Positions 28,001 through 42,992 of a stretch of DNA of 64,000 nt are shown here, piece after piece. The notes beneath the pieces are model-generated. The model searched no databases, was not told where the DNA came from, and saw only the letters and a list, made by a program, of their open reading frames with translations. The number at the start of each line of letters is the position of its first letter. Within the stretch, counting starts at the first letter, position 1. Location: NCBI RefSeq assembly GCF_009914755.1, contig NC_060928.1, one strand, 5' to 3'. The DNA is from the human T2T-CHM13v2.0 reference genome, Homo sapiens. The position numbers were made by a program, and so were the translations under genes.

Positions 28001-28265
28001 TACTACTGGGATTGTGCTAGATCAGACCCGAAGCAAGCACGGTACAGAGTCTTGTCCAAGTCTCACTATAACTACTACCTGGTTACTGCCTATGTTCGGT
28101 CAAGGCCCTAGAGCTCTGCAATCAACCAGTGGCAAACTTAGCCAGATTTGTGTCCTTCCCTTCAGGGCAGCAAGTTCCCCCAGGCCCTGGGTGAGTCCAG
28201 GAATGCCACTGGGGAGCCAGGAACTGAAGTAAAAACCTCAGAAATCGACCTGATGTTCGATTCTA
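22060..28265 (-). mobile_element. Near full-length, degenerate LINE-1 (L1MA-type)
   Basis: L1MA-type 3' end (CATCACCTCAAGCATTTATC). ORF2 peptides include [62 protein letters not shown] and ICTPLFIATLLTIAKIWKQ. ORF1 and 5' regions extend to ~28265. Many stops. Confidence 0.92.
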
Positions 28266-28799
28266 CTATATGCAGTAATTTTTATTATGTTATATTTGTG
28301 ATATTATAGCACATATTTCTGAAAACTAGTGATCATCCACTCATTAAATGGTTTTTAGGTACCAACTATAGGCCAGAATAATAATACGGATACACAGGCA
28401 AGTAGATCCTATCTTCACAGAACTTATAATTCTCTACAGGTGGCAGAACATGGAGACAAAAAAAAGTGAGACTTAAGGACTCTAAAAAACACAGAGATGT
28501 TATGAATGTTTAGAGAAAAGATGAGTTTTTCTCTAATTTCAGAATTAGTGATGACTTTTTGAACTATGTGGTATGTAGAGTAGATTTTAAAGAATAGATA
28601 GAATTTGGGCATCTGGAATATGATGACAGAACCCGTTAAACAGGCAGAAAAAAGTGAGTGGTATCTAGATATAAACAAGATATTTGATTTTGTGGAAGTC
28701 CTGGCTACATTAAGGAAAGAAAGTATTCATAGCTAGAAATTCTTAAATGATATAATTCATGTAGATATCAGGGTGCATAGTGTACAGAACGATGCACAG

Positions 28800-29160
28800 C
28801 TTTTTGAGGCACAAAGAGCTAGCTTTAAATGCAAGTTTTATCACTGATATTTGTATTATGTTGTAATAACCTGGTTAAGATTTTCTGAGTCCTGTGTTTC
28901 TCCTGCAGAATGCAAACCATAACAAGTAATTCACTGAGCTCCTTATGAGGATGCATTAGAAGGTGAATGTTTCAGAGTGAGAGTAAGGGTGACAACAAAA
29001 ACAAAAAACCTTGGAGTCTTACAGAACAGTTATAAATTAGAGTTTCTTAAATCGTAAGCTGTGACCTTTGGCAAATCAATATTACCAAGCTTCAATGTAT
29101 TTATCAATAAAATAGCAATAACTATACTCTCTGAGGGGTGTCAGGAGGATGTAATTCAAT
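28800..29160 (+). mobile_element. Two MIR fragments
   Basis: TTTTCTGAGTCCTGTGTTTCTCCTGCAGAATG and AGCTGTGACCTTTGGCAAATCA...ATCAATAAAATAGCAATAA. Confidence 0.5.
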
Positions 29161-29744
29161 CAAGGAACAAGCTGATATCCCAGAAATCATAGCTATTTTA
29201 GAAATTTAGACTGAGCAAAAAGAAAAAAAACCATAAAACATAATTTTCTGAACCATGAGCTAACATGATCAAAGGTATATTTTAGTGAGATTTATTTGTT
29301 ACAAGTATGTGGTTTATAACTAAAATCATGTAACAAATGAGGTAGAGGAAAGAGTAAGGTGACTAAGTCAATTTTTCAACTATAAGTAAAAGAAGATCTA
29401 AATGTAGTTAGTGGTAAAGTACAAAGAAGAATTAGATATTGATGTTGCAAAAGCAATGACACTTAATGGTTGTAGACTTTGCTCCAAAGGAAAAGTTAGA
29501 ATTCACTTAAAGATATTGCACATAAGATTTTTAAAAGTTGCTAGATTATTGAATAAATAAGAAAATCAGTAAAATACTTAGGTTTAGAAAGAAAATTCAT
29601 GAATATATTTAATTGGTCAGTATGTCTTAACAGGGAATGTTGGCAGAAATAAGAAAATCATCATGTGAAACATTTACCTTGAGGGTAAAGGGATAAATTT
29701 GGAGAAAAAATAAAATGTTTCATTAGTATATATCTAAGAGTATG

Positions 29745-30368
<624 letters not shown>

Positions 30369-31137
30369 ATATGGATATTGGTAATCTGATGTGCAGATTT
30401 CAGATGTTGAAAATGAGTTCTATCTTACCGGTAAAAGCTGATTTTTGAGTTTTCTCTGACCAACGTAGGGACACTTGTGTAGGCTGCAAGTTCCATACAC
30501 ATTGGAATTTTTTTTGACTGTCTGATAGAGAATCCCACTCTCAATGACTACAGGACTGGGGACAAACATCAATTTAATGATTATCTGAGCAAAAGTTTCT
30601 TTATTCACAACTAACATTCTTTATTCATATAAAATACGTTAACAGTCTAGCCTTCTTTAACCTTAGATACACAACTGACCCAAATATTGGTTTTTAGAAA
30701 TACATTATGACAATTAGGTTTAAGAAAATAGAAGAAGAAATGGGCAAAATAAATGAAAAGATGAAGTCTTTCAACAAAGAATGGGAAACCACTGAAGGAG
30801 AACCAAAAAAGGCATTCTAGTACTGAAACATCCAAGATCTGAAATTACTAACTAAACAAATAATTAGAATGGTTAGTAAATTGGAAGAAAGGTTATTGGA
30901 ATATAATTATATTGAAGGCAAGAAAAAATAATAGGTAAACAAGGAAGGGCAATGGAGACAAGTAGGCCCTAAGGATTTGAAGTGCCACATTAGAGATGCC
31001 TTACATAATATCCAACACTAACAGCATCATTGCCCAAACTGGTGTTTGCCAAACGCATAATATCTGATATTTCAATTAGGTGAGGTCTATGTACCATTTC
31101 TTTATATATGTAGTTAAGTGTGCCTTTGGCAACATAA

Positions 31138-31524
<387 letters not shown>

Positions 31525-33794
31525 GTTTGGCTACCTTTCACAATATCCTGTAAACTCCATCTTCATCATTGTATGGATATCATCAATTGCAAAAATGGAA
31601 GCCATATACTTGGGATTTACACCAATCTCCTCTAAGGCCAACTTGATCATGCCAGTAGGTTTCTGGTTTAATTTGCTCATACTTGATCCAAAAATGATTT
31701 AAAATAATGGCATATTACTACCAATAGAAATCTTCTGTTTAACAATGTGTACTTACACTTATTATTTTATGTAATCCATGAATATTTTGTGTTAAAATTA
31801 GGGACATGCATACATATGTGAAGAATTTGATAAACCCTATATAGAAAACTCTAGATTTAAATGCCAGGTACTACAATGACCTTCTTAGCCTTCTATATAC
31901 ATTGGAAAAAAAGGGTATTTGAACAAAACCTTTCTTTTAGTAGAATGTAATAGATCATTCCGAATAAAAAATTTGATTGAAAGTTTTGCTAGAAAGATCA
32001 ATTCTTACATTAGACATTACCACCTACAACCATATGCAACAATTTAGTCTTTGACAAAGAATGTTTATAGTTACTGCAATATAGGTTAGGTATACTGCTC
32101 TGAAACAATGGAGTTGTTTAAGACCATTAATCAGTGAAACAAATCAAACGAAGCATTTTTGAGTTATGTAGACATAGCTATAAGCACAGCCAAAAATGAG
32201 GTCAATATGTGGTTACAGTGTTTTCATGATAAAATATTTAATGTCACTCTATACAGTCTGCTTCAAAGGAATATATACTCATGTTATATGCTAGTTATTA
32301 CAACAGATAGTAAATTCAGTTCTAGTTGTTTCTTCTTTCTTTATCTAATTTCCAAAACAAAGTTTGAATTTCTTCATTTCCATGGCTTAACATAAACTTA
32401 TCTTCAGAGAACTAGAGCTAGAAATGTCTGAAACAAAAGCCTGTAGATCTGGTGGATATGAAACAAAATAAAGTGAAAAAAAAAATGAGTGCCACTCTGA
32501 TGACTGTTTTCTGTAAAATGTCTTTGAGTGATGAACATACTGCTAATGTGTCTGGAAACAGAAAGTAAATATAACTGAATCCTCAATGTCATCCTTTAGA
32601 AAGAAAAACAAACTATTTAGAAAGTGTAAAGTGAAGTAACATTTAAGCTGCTTTGTCCAAGTAAGTGGCCTGGGCCAGAGAACATTTTCTTCAGGAAAAA
32701 AAAATGATCTCTTTTAACAGAAAATTATTTGGTTTCCTTAGATTATTTTCCATTAAAAAAGATATTAAAAAAAACTTTGCCACAGTTCTCCTTATCAGAC
32801 TTCAGAGTCAGAGACATAAGAACAGTTTTCTTAGCTTTTTTATAATAATATTTTCCTGAAGAATGATAAATGCACACTTTCCTCAGTAGAATTTCTGACT
32901 TATCATTGAAAAGTTAGCTTAAAAAATCTATTCATCAAAGATATATACTTATTTGTAACTGTGGACAAATTCTTGCACAGCCTTAGTAATAACTAATTGC
33001 CAATAGCTGAATATTTTTCTAGAGACTCTATAATCACCATCATCATCTTCAACAACTAAATATTTAATGATTTAAATTTAAATAATAATATGTTTCCTCC
33101 CTTGACTAGACTGATGAGCAAGACAAGGTTTTCATCCTAATACTGTGGGTACCTTGGGGCACTTACATTTCTGATAAAGAATGTAACATGTAACTAACAT
33201 TCTAATTTCAAGAAAGAATCTAGAGGACAGCTGGTGTTAACACATTAATAAGAGATTTACTACATAAAGTTTATGGCCATATTTTAAACTGAAGAATCAA
33301 GGCTGGTTCTAATAAAAATGATCCTATCTTTCCTACGTGTGTGCCACTGTTATTAACATTTCAGGTATTTGAAAATTGTTAAAACTGAATATTTAGCATT
33401 CATAAAAACAATAGAGAAAGATTGAGCAAGAGTCTTCAGGAAGTAAACTGATTTAGTGACATGTGCCAGGATTAAGTTGAGGAACATTGTGCCAACTATC
33501 TCTGCTTTAAAAATACCTCAACTCAGAAATATTAATTCAGAAAAAAATCTAGAAATCTATGTGGATTTTTGGATGTCTGTATGTTTATACATTTGCACAT
33601 GTTAATGTTTGTGTTTTCATTTAACAAATGTTGCATAGACATTGAAGAACATGAGGAAAATATGGAAAAAAAGTAAACACACAAAAATTATTCTACTTCA
33701 TCTGGTGATAAAGATTTCTTTCCAATCTTATTTTTATTTTTAAAAATCCTTCACAAAAACTGTCCTTATAAGGTTCATTTCTAGCATTTTAAAA

Positions 33795-34060
33795 TTCATT
33801 ATTTTAGAATTAATTTAGATTTATATAACAGTTCCAAAGATAATATAGAGTATCTATCCCATACATCCTTTTTTCTAACTTTCTCTAATATTAGCCTCTT
33901 ACCAAACCATGCTACATGTGTCTAATTGTATGTCACCATTAACACTGGTGCCGTCCAATTAACTGAACTACCTATTTAGTCAACATCCGTATTTTCTTCC
34001 ACTAATGTCCTCTTTCTGTTCGGGATCCAACAGAAGATACTGCATTAAATTTAGCCCATA
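33795..34060 (-). mobile_element. Old LINE-1 3' end fragment
   Basis: TTATTTTAGAATTAATTTAGATTTA...CCACTAATGTCCTCTTTCTGTTCGGGATCCAA resembles an L1M 3'UTR. Confidence 0.6.
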
Positions 34061-34769
34061 TTTTTCTTTTTTAAAAAAGCTAACATTATATTGTGTTTTC
34101 TTTTGTTTGTGGCCTCTAAAAGTAAAGCTACATATGTCCTCTCAGAGGGTAGGGTGCTTGTTATATAGCCAAGAAAGTCTTCTCCGTGCGACAACTCCAG
34201 TCATAGACCTTTAAAAAAATTATAGCAAAAAAGCTGACCTCCGTTAAATGAAAAAACTACGTTTAACATTAAAAAATGAATATGCTTCAGTCAAATCAAA
34301 GAGGACACACACAAATTGGTCAGCCCCAAGGGATTGCTTGGAGAGCTCCAGAAATATAACACACTATTGGGTTCCTGGAAATTTACCTGAAGATGAAAGA
34401 ACAATCTTGTACTTACCCTGAGATGAACAGAATGAGGAGGAAAAAAATAATAGGGAAATACACTTTTTCTGTTAAGAAGATTAGTTTGTCTATATTGTCA
34501 GAATTATACCCCAAAACACTTAGAGATGAAGCTGGGAGCTGTGTTAAACTACAGCAATGGCATTATAATATGAATTCACATTAATTCAATTTGTCTATAA
34601 GTAAAATCCTATTGCAAACCCCACATCACGGATACTTAATCTTTTCTTCCAAGTCTATCTTTCACAACAAATTCTATATTTCCAACAGAACATATTGTTT
34701 TCTACTGAATTAAGATAATTCAAGATGCAAAACCAAGAAAGAAAGGCACTTAATCAAAAGGGAAACCTC

Positions 34770-35076
<307 letters not shown>

Positions 35077-35199
35077 TCATAAGGGAAACAAATATAACTG
35101 CCTGGCAGAATTTATGTCCTACTCAAAGACCTAATTAATGATTTTAGAGTGAAGTCAGCCAACATGATTCTATTTGCATGTTGTTTTTTCTTTTACCAT

Positions 35200-36240
35200 T
35201 TTTGTGTAGTGTTAATCATATAGATAAAATTACACACATTATAAAAGTACAGCTCAATAAATTATCACAAAACAAATACCTCTACAACCAAAACCAGGTC
35301 AAGAAGCAGAATATTGACCACATTCTATTAGTTTCATCTGTGCCACCTCCCAGTCAATACCCTCATTAGTCCTCAAAGTTAATTGCAATCTTGACTTCTG
35401 GTATGACAATTTGCTACTTTTTGGAATTAATATAATTGGAATCATTCAGTATGTATTCTCTTGTGTCTGGCTTGTTTCTCTTTATTATGACTATGGTATT
35501 CCCCTATGCTGTTACATATAGCTATAATAAATTCATTTTCATTGCTGTATGGTATTAATATTTTATGATTTTTTTTCTTTATTTAAATTCCCATTCAGCT
35601 AATGTGATTATCTGGGCAGTTACTAATTTCAGCTATTAAAGTAATACTACTGTGAATATTTTTCTGCCTGTGTTTGCTTTTACATGTATATGCATTTCTG
35701 TTAACACATTCTTTTTTGGTGGAATTTCTTGTTTTATGCTATGACTATGTTCAGCTTAATAGAAAATGTCAAACATTTTTCGGGAGGTAATTATGCTAAT
35801 TTATTCACTCACAAGCAGTGTATGAAAATGCCTGTTGCTCTATATTCCTACCACCACTGGTATTGTTAGTCTTCATAATTATTTTATTTCTGTGGGGGTG
35901 TAAACATGTTATTGTGTTTCAATGAGCCTTTTCATGATTAGTAATGGTATTGTGCAAATTTTCACATTTAGTGATCAATCAGATATGCTTTCAGTGAAAT
36001 GTTGTACAAGTTTTTCAAATATCTTCTCCCATATTAAGGTTCCCTTTTCTTATTCTTAACAATGTTTTGATGTAGTAAATTTGATCAACCATTTTCCTTA
36101 AGCTTGTTTTTTTTCTGTGTCCTCTCTAAGAATTTTTTCCTGTCATAAAATCCTGAATATATTCTATTACATTAATATCTAGAACTTTTATAATTCGCTT
36201 TAAAATTCAAGTGTACAGTCCACTCAGAGCTTCTGTATTC
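35200..36240 (-). mobile_element. Old LINE-1 (L1ME-type) fragment
   Basis: CCAGGTCAAGAAGCAGAATATT, GTATTCTCTTGTGTCTGGCTT and CAAGCAGTGTATGAAAATGCCTGTTGCTC are L1M 3'-region motifs. Confidence 0.65.
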
Positions 36241-39125
36241 CTGGGGTTTTATTCAGTGTTCTTTTCAGTGTTAATATTAGTTCAATAGGATGTAGAGCCT
36301 TCAGGAGTCAGAGAGTTCCAAGGTGAATTATTAAAAAGCAAGCTAGCAAAATAGAAAAAGATGACCACAGAGTAGTATGCATGAAATCAACACAATGCAA
36401 GGGTTCTTGTCTTTGGCAATGTCAAAGACTAGGATTAGACTATGGAAATAAGTTGCAATGGTAGAGTAAAGGGGAAGAGTTTGAATTAGCTAAGAAAATG
36501 TTAAAGAATTTAGGTAATCTGATGTTTTAGATTCATTTCTTTCTTTTACTTGCAACTCCTCTGATTAGTCTATATTCTTCATTTTCTCTTGCTCCACAAT
36601 TGTCTGTAAAATAACCTCCTTTACAATCACAATATAGAAACTGCTGTAAGTTTGTGTCATTAACATATGTTAAATAACTTTGGCTTCTTTATAATTTTAT
36701 TCATTTTGTCAGTTATTATTTCTTTTTCAATCAAATGACCCTGTATCCTTCTTTATGCAATTCTTTGTTTGCTAAACTGTGTCTCTTGGCTCTAGTTCTT
36801 TATTCCTCTGGATTTCACTCCTTCCCAATATATAGTTTCCTTTTCCAGAAATTCTCATCTTCAGGCATCTTTACTCTCTTCATCCTACAGAATTAACTTG
36901 CACTTCTCAGGAATAACTTTTTGCATTTGTTTTTACAACATCAAACTTTCTATTCTCATGAATGTCCTACTTTTGTGTCAGAACAGAGGTATCTGGGTTA
37001 ATCTTTGAAAGTAAATTTAGAGTTAATACATGCCCAACTGATTATTCAGTCTCTAGTTTCTCCTGGCTATAAATCAAGCAGCAGAATATCCCATCAAATG
37101 TCACATCATCCATATGAACTGTTATGGGATTATTAAAACATGGCATGACAAATTTATTATTTATGAAATTCTCTGACTAGAAACTATTTTGTTGAATGAA
37201 TTGATAAGTTCGATTTTTTTCCTCAAATTATATTACTGGACTATCACAGTGAGATAGTGTGTTTTGTAGCAAAAAAAAATGCAATATCAAAATAAAAGGT
37301 GCTGTCTGAAATATGGAATAAATTTTTAAGTGACTTTATAGAAATAAGTCATTTTTAGAAGTCCTTTGTGAGGTAAGTCTCCTGTTTATAGATATTAATA
37401 TTGTACTCTTCTCAGTCTAGGGATGGGCTTGGAGGTCCCGTCACATAGTCATGATACAAATAATACCCTTTAGATTCAAGAAAGTACATAAGCTGCGTTA
37501 CCACATAAGATTGCTCTGGTAGTCTTATTTTCAACTCCTGGTCTTAAAGATTTGATCTTTGGTTATAACACAATTTTACTGAAGCAATTCCAGAACTGCT
37601 CTGCATACTCTGCTAACTGCTAACCTCATATATGTTGGCAATCTGTCTTCTTAGATCAACCTATTAACTGACAGTCTTTATTGTCATGTTCTTCAAACAC
37701 TCTCGGCATCTTAGCTACTTCTCTTTGGTAAGCACTCTTGCCCCTGACTACCTGTCTAGAGTGCCATTGGTTATTCATATTTAGAGCTATTTTCCAGATC
37801 TTGCCTTCTCAAAAGACAATCCTCTTAGTTGTCTACTTAGCCCTGGTTTTCTTTTCTATTATCTATATGAAGTCTCCCCTGATCCTCAAAACTAGAAGAG
37901 TTATCTTCTTTGTCTAACTAGAATTCCTTAGCCTTATTTGAAGCAACTGTATGTCACATAAAAGTTACTGCCTTCTATTATCATAGTTGTGAACACATCT
38001 ATATATTTGTGGGTAATTTATGTAATATAATTAAGAACTCTTTTAAGTAAGCACTTTTGTCTCCCTACTAGAAGGTAAGTTCTATGAAGGAAAAAAACCT
38101 GTATTTTTGCTCCCTGGGAACCAAAAGAGGGCTCAGACTGAGAACAAATAAATGAATGTCATAAATAATGGATTCTACATTAGTTGAATAAAATAAAAAA
38201 TAGTATACTGAAGCAAGACCCCAAAGTATGGATAAGACCTAGATAACAGGAAAAAAGAACACTATTTTTTGACATAGAGGAAAGCTTAAATGACATTATT
38301 GAAATCAGAATAAGGGTAGTATGCCACAAAAATGGGAAGTGATTTAGTTTTCCCATCCAAAGTAACTGATTTTTTAATAGGTGAAATACTTGTTTAAATT
38401 ATTGTATTGAGAACACATTATGAGGGTAGAAAATAAGTAATGAATGGGAAGGTTTCAAATACCCTGCCAAATAGGTGGGCAGAGAGATTACAAAGTATGA
38501 TTAAATATTCAGTGGCTGAGAAAGAATTAACACACCAAAGAATATTGGAGTGATTTTCAGGGAGTTTATAAAATGATAAGGAAGGGAGTTCAGGTCTTTA
38601 TATGTAAATTGTTGCAACCAGTAGACATCTAGCACAGTAGTTTATCCAGCAAATGCCTATGATGCATTTTGATGTCTTGTAGATTAAGCTGATCATTTCT
38701 GTTTGAAAAAACTTTGTTACTATTCCTTGATACTTAAGATTAGTTCCATCACAGTGAGTCAATATCCTGCAAAAATGAAAATATACAGGGGAATCAGAAT
38801 ATGTCAGAGTATGCAGAGGCTCAGAGCCTGTGACTGACTTCCTGTTGGTTGTAATGCACACATTTTTGGGTAGTTCAGGAAAGGAACTTCATCACATGGA
38901 CTCTGACAAAAAGTCAGTCTTGGAGATTAAGCAAAAAGGAAGCATTCAATGGAAATAAAATTCAAACATGACAGATTTTAACTAGACAGTTCTACATAAT
39001 TGATAAAATTTGAACAAAGGGTTGTTTACCTGGGACCACAGACTTCCCTTGTGTTACTAAAAACAGTTTTATATAATATCTAATACTATATCCAAGTATT
39101 TATATCAAAAACTATAATTATTATT

Positions 39126-39625
39126 TGTTGGGAACAGGCCCCCCAAAATCTGGCCACAAACTGGCCCCAAAACTGGCCATAAACAAAATCTCTGCAGCAC
39201 TGTGACATGTTCATGATGGCCATAATGCCCATGCTGGAAGGTTGTGGGTTTACCGGAGCACCTGGCCCACCCAGGGCTGAAAACCACTTAAAGGCATTCT
39301 TAAACCACAAACAATAGCATGAGCGATCTGTGCTTTAAGGACACGCTCCTGCTGCAGATAACTAGCCAAACCCATCCCTTTATTTCAGCCCATCCCTTTA
39401 TTTCCCATAAGGAATATTTTTAGTTAATCTATAATCTATAGAAACAATGCTTAGCACTGGCTTGCTGTCAATAAACACATGGGTAAATCTCTGTTTGAGG
39501 CTCTCAGCTCTGAAGGCTGTGAGGCCCCTGATTTCCCACTCCACACCTCTATATTTCTGTGTGTGTGTCTTTAATTCCTCTAGCGCTGCTAGGTTAGGAT
39601 CTCCCTGACCGAGCTGGTCTCGGCA
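39126..39625 (+). repeat. 5' LTR (MER9)
   Basis: TGTTGGGAACAGGCCCCCCAAAATCTGGCC...GAGCTGGTCTCGGCA. Contains AATAAA and is followed by a degenerate tRNA-Lys-like PBS. Confidence 0.93.
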
Positions 39626-40205
39626 AGCAGCACCCATACATGGGGACTTGAATCCAGGTCGAAGGGTCGCTGAAGTGATGGTTGGAGAAAGTGTAACTAA
39701 GATGCAGGACACCCGAGTACTCTTAAAGGAATCCCCACGGTGAGTAAGAAGGGGAGCTCAGAAGTATCAGGGTAACAGTGGGACAATCTGGGCTCTGGTT
39801 CGTTCCACCTTGGAACCTTTTCACACTGATGATGAGGAGGAAGGAGAGTATAACAAAGTAACAGAAGAGTTTACAGAGCAGGGTTGTTTACCAGCTAAAG
39901 CTAAAGCAGCAAAGGAGGAAGAGGTTCATCCCTACCCTTCTGCACCCCCTCATTATTATTTTGAAGAAAAAGAGTGGCCTGACCCTCCAGATCTTTCTTT
40001 TCCAGAGGACACTGAGTGAAAAGTAGGTACCCCAGTGACTGTTCGAGCAGCACCTGGAGGAACCGCTCTCAGTACTATTCAGGCAGGAATTCAGCAAGCT
40101 AGATGAGAGGGTGATTTAGAGGCTTGGCAGCTCCCTGTTAGAATACACCCCCCAGATCAACAGGGCCATATTATAGCCACATTTGAGCATTTTCCTTTTA
40201 AATTT

Positions 40206-40240
40206 GGGAAACATCATGAGGGGCCCGGCCCGGCCCCGTT
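40206..40240 (+). promoter_or_regulatory. Putative gag-pro -1 ribosomal frameshift signal
   Basis: Slippery heptamer GGGAAAC (40206-40212) followed by the GC-rich self-complementary GGGGCCCGGCCCGGCCCC, directly upstream of the pro frame, as in betaretroviruses. Confidence 0.65.
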
Positions 40241-41130
40241 CCAAACTGGGGCATTTCCGGCTCAGGCCATTCCCTCACCCCTGTACAATGTCTGTCCCCC
40301 ACCACAGCTGGTAGTGCTGCAGTAGATTTATGCTACACAAATGCTGTGAGCCTTCTGTCTGGGGAACCCCTGCAAAAAGTCCCAACAGGAGTCTGTGGAC
40401 CCTTGCCAGCGGGGATGATAGGATTACTTCTAGGAAGGTCTAGTTTAAATTTAAAAGGGGTACAAATACATACAGGACTCACTGATTCAGATTACAATGG
40501 AGAAATTCAAATGGTTATATCTACTTCTGTTTCCCGGAAAGCAGAGCCAGGAGAGCACATAGCACAGCTCCTGATTGTGCCATATGTGGGAATGGGGAAA
40601 AGTGAAATGAAAAGAACAGGAGGATTTGGAAGCACAAATAAACAAGACAAAGCAGCTTATTGGGTAAATCAAATTACTGATAAACATCCTAACTGTGAAA
40701 TAATTATTCAGGGAAATAAATGTAAAGGTTTGGGAGATACAGGAGTGGACATTTCAATCATTTCTCTACAGCACTGGCCATCTGCGTGGCCAATTCAACC
40801 CGCTCAATTTAACATAGCTGGAGTTGGTAAAGCCCCTGAAGTATATCAAAGTGGTTATATTTTGCACTGTGAAGGGCCCGATGGACAACCTGGGACTATT
40901 CAACCAATTATAACTTCTGTACCTATAAATTTATGGGGAAGAGATTTATTACAACAATGAGGAGCACAAGTTCTAATTCCTGAACAATTATATAGCCCTC
41001 AAAGTCAATATATGATGCATGAAATGGGGTATGTCCCCGGTATGGGACTAGGAAAAAATTTGCAAGGTTTAAAGGAACTGCTTCAAGGGGAAAGACAAAG
41101 TTCTCACCAAGGTTTAGGGTATCATTTTTG
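40220..41130 (+). pseudogene. ERV pro gene: dUTPase + aspartic protease + G-patch (stop-free from 40220 to TGA at 40958-40960)
   Basis: Motifs AGSAAVDL, GRSS, DSDYNGEI, IAQLLI, RTGGFGST, DTGVDISII and LWGRDLL. G-patch [15 protein letters not shown] lies after the stop. Confidence 0.88.
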
Positions 41131-42980
41131 ATGGCAGCCATTGTTAAGCCTCCAGAACCTATACCTTCAAAATGGTTAACAGACAAGCCAATTTGGATAG
41201 AACAATGGCCACTGAGTAAAAAGAAACTGGAGGCTTTAGAGGACTTAAAATTGGCCTTTAATAGTCATAGATTTAAAAGATTGTTTCTTTACTATCCCCT
41301 TAGCTGAGCAAGACTGAACAATTTGCATTTACAATTCCTGCAGTAAACAACCTGCAGCCTACTAAGCGTTTTCATTGTTTTACAGATGGGTCTAGTAATG
41401 GTAAAGCTTCTTATTCTGGATCAAAAGGTAAAGTTTTCCAGATGCCCTATGCTTCAGCTCAAAAAGTGGAGCTTGTAGCTGCAATTGAGGTATTGACTGC
41501 TTTTGATGCCTATTAATGTGATTTCTGATTCTTCATATGTGGTTCATTCCACACGGTTAATTGAAAATGCTCAGTTATGATTTCATACAGATAAACAACC
41601 GATGATTTTATTTACCCAATTTCAAACAGCAGTTAGGAGTAGAATGCACCCTTTTTACATCACTCACATTAGGGCTCATACACCTCTTCCAGGACATTTA
41701 ACTAAAGGGAATCAAATGGCTGATTGCCTGGTTGCTAATGCAATCTGATAACAAAAGTTAGAAAATAGGTAAGATAATAACTTGGGGTAGAGGTTATGCT
41801 TGTGTTTCTCCAGGCCAAAATCAACAGCCAATTTGGATACCATCAACACATCTGAAACCTTATCATGAGCCAGATGCCAAGGAAGAGATTCTGGGAGGAT
41901 CCCGAGGACCCTTCGGTTGCAGCCATGTCGAGGCTGATGCTGAGGAGGACCCCAACTTTCACGAGCAACACCTGTCAAACACAGCCACCCACCTGGGCAC
42001 AGATCAAGAAGTTGTCACAGATGATGGAAGAAAACCTGAGGAAAGCAGGACAGCCAGTCACAATGAGTAATTTAATGGTAGCTATGATAGCGGTGATCAC
42101 CATTGCCATGAATATTCCTTCAACAAGGACTGACACAGAGAACAATTATACTTATTGGGCATATTTATCAATCTTGGCTGGCAATAATGCCTGGGTGTAA
42201 TCACTCTATGACACAGTTACACATGCTTTCTGATCTCAGCATTTACCATAATAAATCTGCTCCTATAATTGAGGCATACCGTCCTCAAAAACCTATTTGT
42301 AAACAGAAGTGGACCTGGCCAGAAAAAATGAAGGTACTTGTTTAGGAAGATTGCATTGCAGAACAGGCAGAGGTGCTGCGCAATGATTCTATGGAATCAT
42401 TATGAAATTGGTCCCCTAAGGGGATGTTTAGCTTGAATTGCACCCCTCAGTCTATGTGCCATGGACACACTATGTTCATCTGGTCTGAACAAAATGGTCA
42501 GATGGTAGAAATGATAAGAAGAACGGCAAGAGTTCCTATTATCTGGAACCATGGCAGCATAGTGGCACCTCAACCCCAAATGATATGGCCCATTGTAGGA
42601 GTTAACATAAGGATTTGTGGAAACTATTAATAGCTCTTAATAAGATCAAAATTTAGGAAAGAATAAAGAAGCATCTAGAAGGACACTCTACAAACTTGTC
42701 TTTGGATATTGCAAAATTAAAAAATATATATATTTAAAGCTTCCCAGGCACACCTGACCTTAATGCCAGGAACCGGAGCACTGAGAGCTGCAGATATGTT
42801 AGCAGCTAGCAACCCATTAAAATGGATAAAAACACTTGGAAGCTCTGTGATTTCAATTATGATTGTGCTTTTAATCTGTGTTTTTTGTCTTTGCATAGTC
42901 TGCAGATGCAGATCCTGACTCCTGCAAGAAGTAGCTCACCATGACAAAGCTGCCTTTGTTTTTATCGTTTTGCAAATCAA
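41130..42980 (+). pseudogene. Deleted ERV pol (RT/RNase H/IN fragments) and env remnants
   Basis: [31 protein letters not shown] (RNase H), WGRGYACV (IN C-terminus), and env leader PPTWAQIKKL. Far shorter than a complete pol+env. Confidence 0.85.
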
Positions 42981-42992
42981 AGAAGGGGGATG

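Noticed and set aside
22060-28265. Potentially active full-length L1
   Set aside because: ORF1 and ORF2 are broken into short pieces, the subfamily is old, and there is no CpG-rich L1PA-type 5'UTR.
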